Made by a program: the position numbers and the translations under genes. Below the pieces are notes generated by a model. That model ran no database searches. It saw nothing but the letters and a program-made list of their open reading frames with translations, and had not been told where the DNA came from. Shown here piece by piece: positions 41,833 through 50,570 of a stretch of 64,000 nt of DNA. Source of the stretch: a bacterium (lineage in GTDB: Bacteria; Spirochaetota; Spirochaetia; Treponematales; Treponemataceae); assembly GCA_963611155.1 (NCBI GenBank), contig CAVDRA010000001.1, positions 590 to 64,589 on the forward strand, written 5' to 3'. Each line of letters begins with the position of its first letter. Position 1 is the stretch's first letter.

Positions 41833-42063
41833 GCGACATCCTGCCGCGACAAGAAATGCAAAAATGCATTTCTTGCGGTTATGTTACATTTCTGCGCCAT
41901 CCGTGGCGCAAATTATAGAAAAGCGGGAGCGACTGAGATGAGTGCGCATTAGGTGCAAATCAAGCAGTCACAAGAACATATATACCCAGTCTTAACTGGT
42001 GGTTTCGACAGGCTCAACCACCGTGTCAATCGACCGTAAATTTACCTATAATCGCATTTTTCG
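41833..42063. repeat. Dispersed composite palindromic element, family B, copy 1 (inverted homolog at 56551-56692)
   Basis: Three collinear blocks shared with the reverse complement of 56551-56692: 17 bp identical, 35 bp with 1 mismatch, 26 bp with 3 mismatches. Confidence 0.8.
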
Positions 42064-42186
42064 GTGGAGCAAGGGGAAGCCTTTCCCCAGCCGCTTGCTT
42101 ATTAGCTGAGCATTGTTTTAAAATTCTTGAAACGAGCACAGCTATATTCTTTTAGCAGACTTGCTTATACGTCCCTGCTTACGCAT

Positions 42187-43536
42187 TTACCGCAAATTCA
42201 GCCTGAAAAGCTTCGAGCCTCTCTCTGGAGACCACATTTTTTTTCTTTCATCAGGAAGCGTTGAAATATCATTTTGAACAAACCCCAGTTTCTCAAACCA
42301 GTCCGCAGTCTGTGTCGTCATAATGAAAACACTTTCAAGATTTATCGCCTTGCTTTTTTCTATTAAATACTGAATCATTTTTGGACCAATGCCGATATGC
42401 GAGCATGACTCATCGACAGCGACGGCGGCAATTTCAGCCTGTTTTCTGTCATATATATGAAGCGCGGCGCACGCTCTGATAGCCCCGTCAAGCTCATAGA
42501 CAATGTAACTGTTGTATTCTAATTCAAGCTGCTTTTCTGTGCGCGGAAGGAGAATCTCTTTCTTGATAAAAGGTCGCATCACAGCAAGAACTCCAGAAAT
42601 GTCTTCCCGCCGCATTGCCCTTATTTTTCCATAGTTTGAAGAATAAATCATTGTCCCTGAACCGAAATCGCTGAAAATTTCGCATGGAAGAACGCCTTCA
42701 ATCGAGCCGCTAAGAATATGGACCCTAGTAACACCGTCAAGGACTGCTTTTTTTGAAAGCTCCAGCATTGAAAGAATTGCGCGTGTTTTTTCAGCATCCG
42801 AATTTTCCTTTATAAATTTATCGACCTCTTCAATGTTCATGGCCGGAATGTTTCCGTCTGAAGAAAGCCCCAGACCAGACGGAATTTTGAATGTTTTTTT
42901 TGAAATTTCCGCATTAGGCAGAAGAAAAAAAAGCTTGTCAGCATGAATATGAGTCGCAACTTGGGCCGCAAGCTGAGCCGACGAAATGTTGTATGGCTTT
43001 CCATTCAGGCTCCAGCCTATGCATGGAAAAATCGGAATAAATCCATTTTCAAGGACTGTGTTTATAGCCTCATCGTTAAGCTTGTCTATTTCTCCGGCCG
43101 TTCCATAGTCGGTTCCAGCAAGAACGCCTTTTCCCCTTGCCCTCACCCAGTTTCCAATGACGGCTGTAAGATTTTCGCCTGCCAGACTAGTCATCACGAT
43201 GTTTGCCGCGTCAAAAGCGGCGTTTTTTATAAATGAGATTGTCTCTGGATTAGTGATTCTGATTCCGTTTTTGTAAGTCCATGAAATTTTATTTTGCATC
43301 AGAATGTTGTCGATTTTGATTCTTGCCCCTGGAACAATTATGACTTTTAGGCCAGCTTGATGTATCATCGCAATATCTCTGATATGGCTTACAAAAAGAG
43401 GCGAATCTATGATTTCGTTGTCAATATGAATTACAATCGACGCATTTTTAAACCGCTGTATGTAACGGATTACATCTCTGATTCTTTCTGCTTTTTCAAT
43501 TATTACACTTTCTTCCATTTTTGCTCTTTTTGGCAA
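42187..43536 (-). CDS. argA: Amino-acid N-acetyltransferase (N-acetylglutamate synthase; kinase-like plus GNAT domains)
   Basis: AAK domain (VPGAR, GNWVRARGKGV, EIFSDFGSGTM) plus GNAT domain (ACAAL, AEIAAVAV, TTQTADWF). Confidence 0.9.
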   Translation of the reverse strand: MPKRAKMEESVIIEKAERIRDVIRYIQRFKNASIVIHIDNEIIDSPLFVSHIRDIAMIHQAGLKVIIVPGARIKIDNILMQNKISWTYKNGIRITNPETISFIKNAAFDAANIVMTSLAGENLTAVIGNWVRARGKGVLAGTDYGTAGEIDKLNDEAINTVLENGFIPIFPCIGWSLNGKPYNISSAQLAAQVATHIHADKLFFLLPNAEISKKTFKIPSGLGLSSDGNIPAMNIEEVDKFIKENSDAEKTRAILSMLELSKKAVLDGVTRVHILSGSIEGVLPCEIFSDFGSGTMIYSSNYGKIRAMRREDISGVLAVMRPFIKKEILLPRTEKQLELEYNSYIVYELDGAIRACAALHIYDRKQAEIAAVAVDESCSHIGIGPKMIQYLIEKSKAINLESVFIMTTQTADWFEKLGFVQNDISTLPDERKKMWSPERGSKLFRLNLR

Positions 43537-43539
43537 TGC

Positions 43540-44247
43540 CTATTCCCGTTCTTTTTTGCTCTCTAAGTTTTTTCTTGAATATACACAACCGCAGTAATCT
43601 TGGCGCCAAAGACCATATTCTTTGCTCAGCTGAGTGCTTCTTAAAAATCCTCCGCGCTTTTTGAAATCTGCCGGCAAATATTTCGTGAACGCCTGACTTT
43701 CAAGAGTTTTTTCCGGCTCTTCTAATTCTTTTTGAAGATTTTCACCGATTATGTTTATTTTTTCAGCATCTTTATGCGGACTTATGCTTAGCGTTGTCGT
43801 AAACCAGTCAAAAAAATGGTTATTCGCGTATTCAAATGCCTTTTTCATTCTGAATTCATAGCATCGCCTGCATCTTTCGCCTCGTTCTGCCTCAAACTGA
43901 AGTTCAGGTTGCTCAAGCGTTTTTACTGCTGAAAAATATTCTTCCGGATTATAAACTTCCTCTACAAGCTTCACAGAATTTTTTAGAGCATCTGGAAACC
44001 TTGCCAGAAAATTTTTAAGCTCAGACAGCCGCCTGTAATATTCCTCTGACGGATGAATATTCGGATTGTAATAATAGATTGTGATTTCAAAATATCCTGA
44101 AAGATATTCAATTACATATGAGCTGCACGGTCCGCAGCAGGCATGCAGAAGAAGGCGCGGTTTTTTAAACGCAGTGTCATTCTGCATCTGGATTTGAATT
44201 TGTTGAATTGTAAGGTCAAGCTGCTTGTGATAAGGAATTATTTTCAT
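43540..44247 (-). CDS. queH: Epoxyqueuosine reductase QueH
   Basis: LLHACCGPCS, YYNPNIHP..EY..R, ERCRRCY..R, TTTLSISPHK, RQDYCGC. Confidence 0.92.
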   Translation of the reverse strand: MKIIPYHKQLDLTIQQIQIQMQNDTAFKKPRLLLHACCGPCSSYVIEYLSGYFEITIYYYNPNIHPSEEYYRRLSELKNFLARFPDALKNSVKLVEEVYNPEEYFSAVKTLEQPELQFEAERGERCRRCYEFRMKKAFEYANNHFFDWFTTTLSISPHKDAEKINIIGENLQKELEEPEKTLESQAFTKYLPADFKKRGGFLRSTQLSKEYGLWRQDYCGCVYSRKNLESKKERE

Positions 44248-44270
44248 TTTTTTCTCTTTATATTTTTCAA

Positions 44271-44306
44271 AAAAGAGGGCTGCCGATAAAACTTATCAGG
44301 CAGCCC
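44271..44306 (-). terminator. Intrinsic terminator just upstream of queH
   Basis: Minus strand GGGCTGCC-TGATAAGTTTTATC-GGCAGCCC followed by TCTTTTTT. Confidence 0.7.
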
Positions 44307-44471
44307 GAAGTTCTTAAACAGATACTGAATGTCCTTTATTAGGACGAGGGTTTGATTTTTCAGTATCAAAACTTAATTAAAATGATAAAACAGGCTCCGG
44401 AGAATGCAATGGATATACAGCACTTATTTTCAGCCAATTTGCATTGACAACACAAGCACAACCAAAAAAAA

Positions 44472-46805
44472 TCAGCACACTTCGCCGTTGACAGCTTTTA
44501 ATGTTTTAATCTCTCTTCCGTCTGCAAGCGCTTTTTTGCCTGCAATAATCACTGTGCGGTCTGCAACTTTATATTCAACTTTCGCAAATTTCTCAATGTC
44601 GATTTTTGCCGATTTTTCCCCGCAGTAATCGCTGCCTTCAAGTGTTATTACTGTTCCAGGAGCTGCCCATGGAGCTTCAAGAAGCTCTACTTTTTCTTTT
44701 CCGTCTTCTGTGTAATCGCAGGCAAGCAACATTCCGCGGCTTTCTACGCCTTTCATTTTGCGTGGAGCAAGATTTGCGGCGATAATTACATGCTTTCCAA
44801 GTAATTCGTCTTCGCGCAAATACGGACGCAACCCAGACTGAATTATTCTCGGTGTACCAGAACCGTCGTCCATAGTTTCAATATAAAGCTTATCTCCCTG
44901 CGGATTTGTTTCAACTTTTTCGATTTTCGCAACCAAAAGCTGAATATGGCTGTCAAAATATGCAGCAGGATCTGTTTCTGCAGTTTTTTTGTTTCCCGCC
45001 TGCCTCATATTTTCATTTTTTTGCCCGGAAGTTTTTTCAGCAGGCATAAGCTCTTCAATATCAATTTCACCAGCTACACAAGGAACTGTAATTTGCCAGT
45101 TCTCAAGAACCTGCGGATGAATTTCTCCAAACAAGCCGACCTGCTTGCCATTTATAATGATAGCCGCCTGTCTTCCTGAAATAAAGCGAGGATCATTAGC
45201 TTCTTTTACTTCATATTTATGATTTAAATAATAGAGAATCGCAGAAACTTCAGATGCAAGAGTATTGAAATTCGCATTGTTGGCCGCTGTCATAAAGCCG
45301 AGCGACTGAATCGTCTTTGTTCCTGTATTCTGTGTTTCATCAAGAAAAGCGACTTTTCCGATCTCAAAAATTTTGTGAGGAAATATCGCATTCGCCGCAG
45401 CACTTTCTGCTCTTAAAAGAGATGAAATAATTGACGGGCGCACAAACTGATAGTTTTCGCTCATTGGATTCAAAATCTCAATTACCTTGTCAGCTTTTAT
45501 GTTCATCTTTTCAATGTAGTCTCTTTTTGAACCAAGGTAGTTGAAAATCATTTCCTGATAGCCAAGACCAACCATTATTTCCTTTGCCTTACGGCTGAAC
45601 ACTGTAACGTCAGAAAGCTGTCCGACAGTAAAATCACTCGGACGGATCGGCTTAAAGCTGTCGAGTCCGACGCCAATCATTACGTCTTCAATTACGTCAA
45701 CTTCGTGTAAAAAGTCATTTCTGTATGGAGGCGGATTCAAGGTAAATTCAACATCGTTCTTGTTAGCTTTTAAATATCTTGCAGTTTTTTCTGTTGCTTC
45801 AAAATCTTTAGCTTCAACATCGTTGTCCATGCGGGCAAGAGCATCGAGAACTTCTGCCTTTGTAAAGTCGCTTCCAAGTTTCTTGTTGATTGCTGCGAGC
45901 GTTGCCTTTGTTGAAGGCTGGAAATAGAACGGTGCAACGACTTCTTTTCCGAATGCTGTTTCATAAGGATGAACTACTTTTACCGGAAGGATTTCATAGC
46001 CGGCATCGAAGAAGTCACAGGCAACGATATTTGCAGAAAGCATGAGGTTTTCCATGTTGTCGCCAGTAAGTTCTACCATAAGACCTTTGTCGCCGACTTT
46101 TACTGCCCCGAGCGTTGCAGAATTGATTACCGGTGCCATCGACATTATTTCGCCCTTGTCGTCTGTCAAAACAGGGAACTTCTTAAAGTCTTTAATAATC
46201 CAGCCAAAGTCTTTTCCCTTCGGATGTTCCGTAAGAATCTGACGGCAGGTCATCGGCTGTTCGCACTGTAAAGGAACGAAAGATGTCGTATCCGGATCCA
46301 CTGCCTTATAGTGAACCGGGAACTTTATCTCAGAAATTCTGTAAACGCCCATAGAAATTGAACGTCTTTTGCGTCCAAAGTTCCATGCAAGCTTCTCCTG
46401 TGTCTGAATGATGTCCTTTAGCATCGGGTCGTCAATCGGTTTGCCGGAAATTACAAAGCTGACCATATAAGGACGGATTTTTTCGAGTTCCGGGTCAACA
46501 GTTACGATTCTGTCTCCGCAGTCTTTTATGCTGCCTTTTCTGGACATAAACGAAGAATAGTCTGAACGTTTTGCGCCTTCGTGAATTCTCAGCTGACGGG
46601 TTACGCCACCTGTAGACCACAGGTCAGGACGGTTTGTGTCGTTCAATTCAATTTTGATAACTCTTTCATCTTCTCTCTGTGACATATCCGGCTTTTCATC
46701 AAGCTCAGCCTTACCAAAAGTAAGTTTTTTCTCCAGAGTGTCGTAATCATATTTTGTTCCAAGAAGATTAAAAAAAAGTTTCTCGTTTACTTCAATTTTT
46801 GGCAT
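44472..46805 (-). CDS. pheT: Phenylalanine-tRNA ligase beta subunit (archaeal/eukaryote-type) with a fused C-terminal tRNA-binding OB domain
   Basis: NDTNRPDLWS, QEKL..NFGRKR, PPYRNDFLHEVDVIED, GEIHP; C-terminal LLVAKI...DKLY...RIIQSGL...NLAPRKMKGVESRGMLLA. Confidence 0.92.
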   Translation of the reverse strand: MPKIEVNEKLFFNLLGTKYDYDTLEKKLTFGKAELDEKPDMSQREDERVIKIELNDTNRPDLWSTGGVTRQLRIHEGAKRSDYSSFMSRKGSIKDCGDRIVTVDPELEKIRPYMVSFVISGKPIDDPMLKDIIQTQEKLAWNFGRKRRSISMGVYRISEIKFPVHYKAVDPDTTSFVPLQCEQPMTCRQILTEHPKGKDFGWIIKDFKKFPVLTDDKGEIMSMAPVINSATLGAVKVGDKGLMVELTGDNMENLMLSANIVACDFFDAGYEILPVKVVHPYETAFGKEVVAPFYFQPSTKATLAAINKKLGSDFTKAEVLDALARMDNDVEAKDFEATEKTARYLKANKNDVEFTLNPPPYRNDFLHEVDVIEDVMIGVGLDSFKPIRPSDFTVGQLSDVTVFSRKAKEIMVGLGYQEMIFNYLGSKRDYIEKMNIKADKVIEILNPMSENYQFVRPSIISSLLRAESAAANAIFPHKIFEIGKVAFLDETQNTGTKTIQSLGFMTAANNANFNTLASEVSAILYYLNHKYEVKEANDPRFISGRQAAIIINGKQVGLFGEIHPQVLENWQITVPCVAGEIDIEELMPAEKTSGQKNENMRQAGNKKTAETDPAAYFDSHIQLLVAKIEKVETNPQGDKLYIETMDDGSGTPRIIQSGLRPYLREDELLGKHVIIAANLAPRKMKGVESRGMLLACDYTEDGKEKVELLEAPWAAPGTVITLEGSDYCGEKSAKIDIEKFAKVEYKVADRTVIIAGKKALADGREIKTLKAVNGEVC

Positions 46806-46876
46806 AATTTTCCTCGAAAATCGTTACTTTATATAGAAAAATTATATCGAAATGAAATAAATCTAACAACTGAAAA

Positions 46877-47233
46877 CTAATTTTGAAGTTTCGAGTGCGT
46901 TGTTTTAAACGTAATATCTAAATTATCAATCGCTTTATCTATTACTGATTTCAAATCCCGTCTGACTTGGTTCAAGGTATTTTCCCTAATGGAAATATCT
47001 GCCACAGGATTGTCTGAATCATTGAAAAAATCTGTAGCCTTTATTCCTAAAGGTGCCGCCAGCTTTTCAAGAGTGTCTGCGCAAGGCCAGCTAACGCAAG
47101 TTTCTATGTCTGATATGGTGTATTTTGAGACACCGGAAAGCTCTTCAAGGTGATCTTGCGTTATTTTCTTTGCCTGCCTGAATAATTTCAGGTTTCTTGA
47201 CAACGTTTTTTTTAAATATGAATCTTTATTCAT
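46877..47233 (-). CDS. XRE-family HTH transcriptional regulator
   Basis: NLKLFRQAKKITQ..L.ELSGVS..TISDIE...SWP..TLEKLA. Confidence 0.85.
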   Translation of the reverse strand: MNKDSYLKKTLSRNLKLFRQAKKITQDHLEELSGVSKYTISDIETCVSWPCADTLEKLAAPLGIKATDFFNDSDNPVADISIRENTLNQVRRDLKSVIDKAIDNLDITFKTTHSKLQN

Positions 47234-47404
47234 GTTTAAAATGTATAAGCGAGTTATGAATTTTCACACGGAGTTGCAATCCTAAAACCTTTTCAAATTG
47301 CACTTCTGCTACAAGTATGGCAAAAAAAATAAACTCGGCTTTCTTACGTTTTATTGTTTAGTTATGGTTGAGTTTTAAAATCAGAAAATATAAAATCTAA
47401 AAAT

Positions 47405-47758
47405 ATGACAACATTAACATCAAAACAGAGAAAATTTTTAGAAAAAAACGCGCAGGCTCTCAGCTCGCTTGTTCAAGTGGGAGGAGCAGGACTTACAGAA
47501 GAGCAGCTAAAGAATATTTCAAGCGTGATTGATTCTCATGAACTTATAAAAATCAAGTACAATTTTATAAAGTCTCTCGCCGTAGTTTCTGAAAAAGAAG
47601 AGGTAAACGAGAACCGCGATAAACTTGACCGTGAAATATCTGAAAAGACAGGCGCTGTTCATGTGAGAACCATTGGAAATGTCGCAATCTTTTACAAGCC
47701 AGCAAAAGATGAGGAACGCAGACGCTTTGAAAAAGAGCTTAAAAAGCTTGATAAATAA
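47405..47758 (+). CDS. yhbY: YhbY/CRM-domain RNA-binding protein
   Basis: LTSKQRKFL...A..L...VQVG..G, HELIKIK, VRTIGNVAIFY. Confidence 0.88.
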   Translation: MTTLTSKQRKFLEKNAQALSSLVQVGGAGLTEEQLKNISSVIDSHELIKIKYNFIKSLAVVSEKEEVNENRDKLDREISEKTGAVHVRTIGNVAIFYKPAKDEERRRFEKELKKLDK

Positions 47759-48052
47759 ATTTCTGTAAAAATAATAATCAAGCCGGCGGATTCATTTTGC
47801 CGGCCTTTTTTTTCTCACGGCAATTTTTCTTTTTATTTTCACATTTTCTATTGAGTTTTTTCATCAAACTTCACAGTTTCCGCAAAATACTTTTGCTAAA
47901 AAAAACAAATGAATTTCTTCTAAAAAAATGTTCTTTTAGGATCATTGAATTCTATTTTGCTGTTTCATTAAAAAATTTTATTAGGGCTTAAAAAAAATAT
48001 ATGAATCTAATATAATCAGCCTTTCGATTCTTAATTTTCAGGAGGTAATAAA

Positions 48053-49120
48053 ATGAAATTCAGAACGACAAAAAAAATACTATCAAAAATCGCTTTGGGT
48101 TTTGCGGCCAATGTTGCAATACTCACCCTTCTTTCCTGCGAGCAGAAAAGAACCCTAAAAATCTACACATGGACGTATTATACTCCAGAAAAGGTTGTAA
48201 AGGATTTTGAGAAAGAATTCGACTGCAAGGTCGTAGTGACAGAATACGACTCAAACGAGACAATGTACAATAAGCTTGTGAACGGAGGCGCAAAAAGTTT
48301 CGACATGTGCGTTCCGGGACAGGATTACATCTCGATTATGCTAGATAAAGGAATGCTTCAGCCGATAAATCAGGAGCTTTTCACAAACCGCAATCTTATA
48401 AGCCAGAAACTGATTGAAAAAAAATCTGTTGACCGCGAAATGATCTATTCTGTTCCTTATTATTTCGGAGCGTCAGGAATTTGCGTAAACAAGAAAAAAA
48501 TTCCTGGCGGAAACTACGAGAGAACATGGAATATTTTTGCTGATCCTCAATTCAAGGGACACGCCTCTATGATGGATGACTACCGGGAGGTTATTGGAGA
48601 CGCGCTTGCGTACAAAGGATACAGCGTTTCAACAGCAAGCGATGCGGAACTTTCAGAAGCAGAGAAAATCATTAGAAACGACTGGCTTCCTAACATCGTG
48701 AAATTTGACGCCGAAGGCTTTGGAAAAGATTTTGCGCGGGGCGACCTGTGGCTTTGCCAGGGATACGCTGAATGTGTATTTGGAGAAGTTCCAGAAGAAG
48801 AATGGGACGACACAATCGACTTCTTTATTCCTGAAAACGGGGGCCCTTCATATCTTGAGTGCATGGTTATTCTGAAGCATTCTCAAAACACTGACTTAGC
48901 GACAGAATTCATGAATTTTATGCACAGGCCTGAAAACTACGCCCAATTCTTGGATAATTTCCGTTTTCCTTGCTATGTAAACACAGAAGCTGCAAAATAT
49001 ATGACTAAAAAGCCTATGTATTCAGCTGATATTCTTGACAACTGCGAAGCGAAGGTTGATTTGGGTGAAAATCTTGATAAATACTACAAAATCTGGGAAT
49101 CAATCCGAATTTCAAAATAA
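48053..49120 (+). CDS. Polyamine-type ABC substrate-binding lipoprotein (PotD/PotF family)
   Basis: LLSC lipobox, LKIYTW..Y, YDSNETMY.KL, YSVPY..G, MMDDYREVIG; no permease or ATPase genes adjacent. Confidence 0.82.
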   Translation: MKFRTTKKILSKIALGFAANVAILTLLSCEQKRTLKIYTWTYYTPEKVVKDFEKEFDCKVVVTEYDSNETMYNKLVNGGAKSFDMCVPGQDYISIMLDKGMLQPINQELFTNRNLISQKLIEKKSVDREMIYSVPYYFGASGICVNKKKIPGGNYERTWNIFADPQFKGHASMMDDYREVIGDALAYKGYSVSTASDAELSEAEKIIRNDWLPNIVKFDAEGFGKDFARGDLWLCQGYAECVFGEVPEEEWDDTIDFFIPENGGPSYLECMVILKHSQNTDLATEFMNFMHRPENYAQFLDNFRFPCYVNTEAAKYMTKKPMYSADILDNCEAKVDLGENLDKYYKIWESIRISK

Positions 49121-49243
49121 ATTTTCAGCATTTTAAAATCCTGCCGAATAATTCTGCCTGTAATTTTTTTTTGAGAAAATCGTCTAAGCAGGCAGAATTT
49201 TGCTGCCGTTCACGTTTTCTTTTATTTGGCTGTTTAAGTTAGC

Positions 49244-49714
49244 CTAAATTTCTTTGCCGTCAAGAATTTTACTGACCAGCTTCCCTTTTTCATAGACAAG
49301 TTTCAGAGAAAAAAAAGGCGCAGCTGTTCTTAAAAGATGAAGGAAAATTTTGTCTCCTTCCCACAGCTCAAGATTCTCAATTTCTGAAAACGGAATCCAT
49401 TCAAGTATTCCCTCATTGCAGCTGGACAATTCTCCGTCAAAATCATCTGAAGTATAAAGGCACATATATTCCGCAGGCTCATCATCCGAAACAAAAGTCA
49501 CGATTCCGCGGAAAGAAAATCTTTTAAGGGTGAGCCCTGTCTCCTCCTTCACTTCTCTCAACAGGCAATCTTCCGGACTTTCATGAAATTCAAAATGTCC
49601 TCCGACCCCAATCCATTTGTCATGATTTATGTCGTTCTTTTTTGTGACACGATGGAGCATTAAATACGAGCTGTCTTTTTCTATGTAACAAAGCGTTGTA
49701 AGTTGTGATTTCAT
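49244..49714 (-). CDS. Nudix hydrolase (8-oxo-dGTP diphosphatase-like)
   Basis: KWIGVGGHFE..ESPEDCLLREVKEETGL Nudix box; CNEG.LEW, LWEGD. Confidence 0.9.
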   Translation of the reverse strand: MKSQLTTLCYIEKDSSYLMLHRVTKKNDINHDKWIGVGGHFEFHESPEDCLLREVKEETGLTLKRFSFRGIVTFVSDDEPAEYMCLYTSDDFDGELSSCNEGILEWIPFSEIENLELWEGDKIFLHLLRTAAPFFSLKLVYEKGKLVSKILDGKEI

Positions 49715-50094
49715 TTTTCTCCCATAAAAGGTCATGAGGAAATATCAATTTCCGATTTGGCTTTTTAACGCAATTTCGCAACAACGCGAGAAATTGCAAT
49801 TAATAAGAATAATTTTTGACTGAAGTTTTCAAAAAAAATCTCATGCATTTTAAATAGCAAAAAAAATTATGTCGAGAGAATTTAATGGCTCTGAGCTCAG
49901 AAAACCGAACCGCAAATCAGAAGAAAAAAATTGCCATAAGCACGGAACTTCATAAAAAAACATTTTTACGCAAAATTGTCACATAATGCTAAAATAATCC
50001 GAAATTTATAAAAATCTGACAAAAACTGCATTATTATAGCATTTAATGTCAAAAAATTCTAAAATATGCAAAAATTGCAAGGAGAGTTTTACAG

Positions 50095-50424
50095 ATGAAA
50101 AAAATATTAGCGGCTGTTATCCTTTTTGCCGGATTATTTTTCGGATTGAATGCGGAAGAATTTTCAAGCGAGGAGAATCTCGACAATATATACACAATTG
50201 AGTGGACATTGAACACAGACACCAAGTCTCTGGAAATAAGGCTTTTCGCATTGAACACTGACGCCTTCGACGAAAATTTTGGCGACAACTGCATTGACGA
50301 GGAGCTTTCAGGAATTCTTTCTGAGTATGGATATTCTGAAGGCAAGCTTAGTTCTGTAGCAAAAGACGAGAATTTTGACAACGGCAAATACACAATGCTC
50401 AGGAAAAAATATACTCTTCAATAA
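50095..50424 (+). CDS. Hypothetical secreted acidic protein
   Basis: AGGAG RBS and signal peptide MKKILAAVILFAGLFFGLNA. Confidence 0.65.
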   Translation: MKKILAAVILFAGLFFGLNAEEFSSEENLDNIYTIEWTLNTDTKSLEIRLFALNTDAFDENFGDNCIDEELSGILSEYGYSEGKLSSVAKDENFDNGKYTMLRKKYTLQ

Positions 50425-50570
50425 TTTTAGCTGAATCAGAGGATTCTGATTCCTCTTCATTATCCGTGTCCTACGTCTTTTCAAAAAAGCTTAAAATCAA
50501 GCTCAGAATTTAAAACGAAATCGCGCCCTGAAATTCTCGAGAAATTCTAGGGCGCGATTCAACAGCTTTT

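Noticed and set aside
44321..44350. CTGAAT-GTCC...GGAC-GAGGG as a hammerhead ribozyme
   Set aside because: Lacks the CUGANGA and GAAA core nucleotides.
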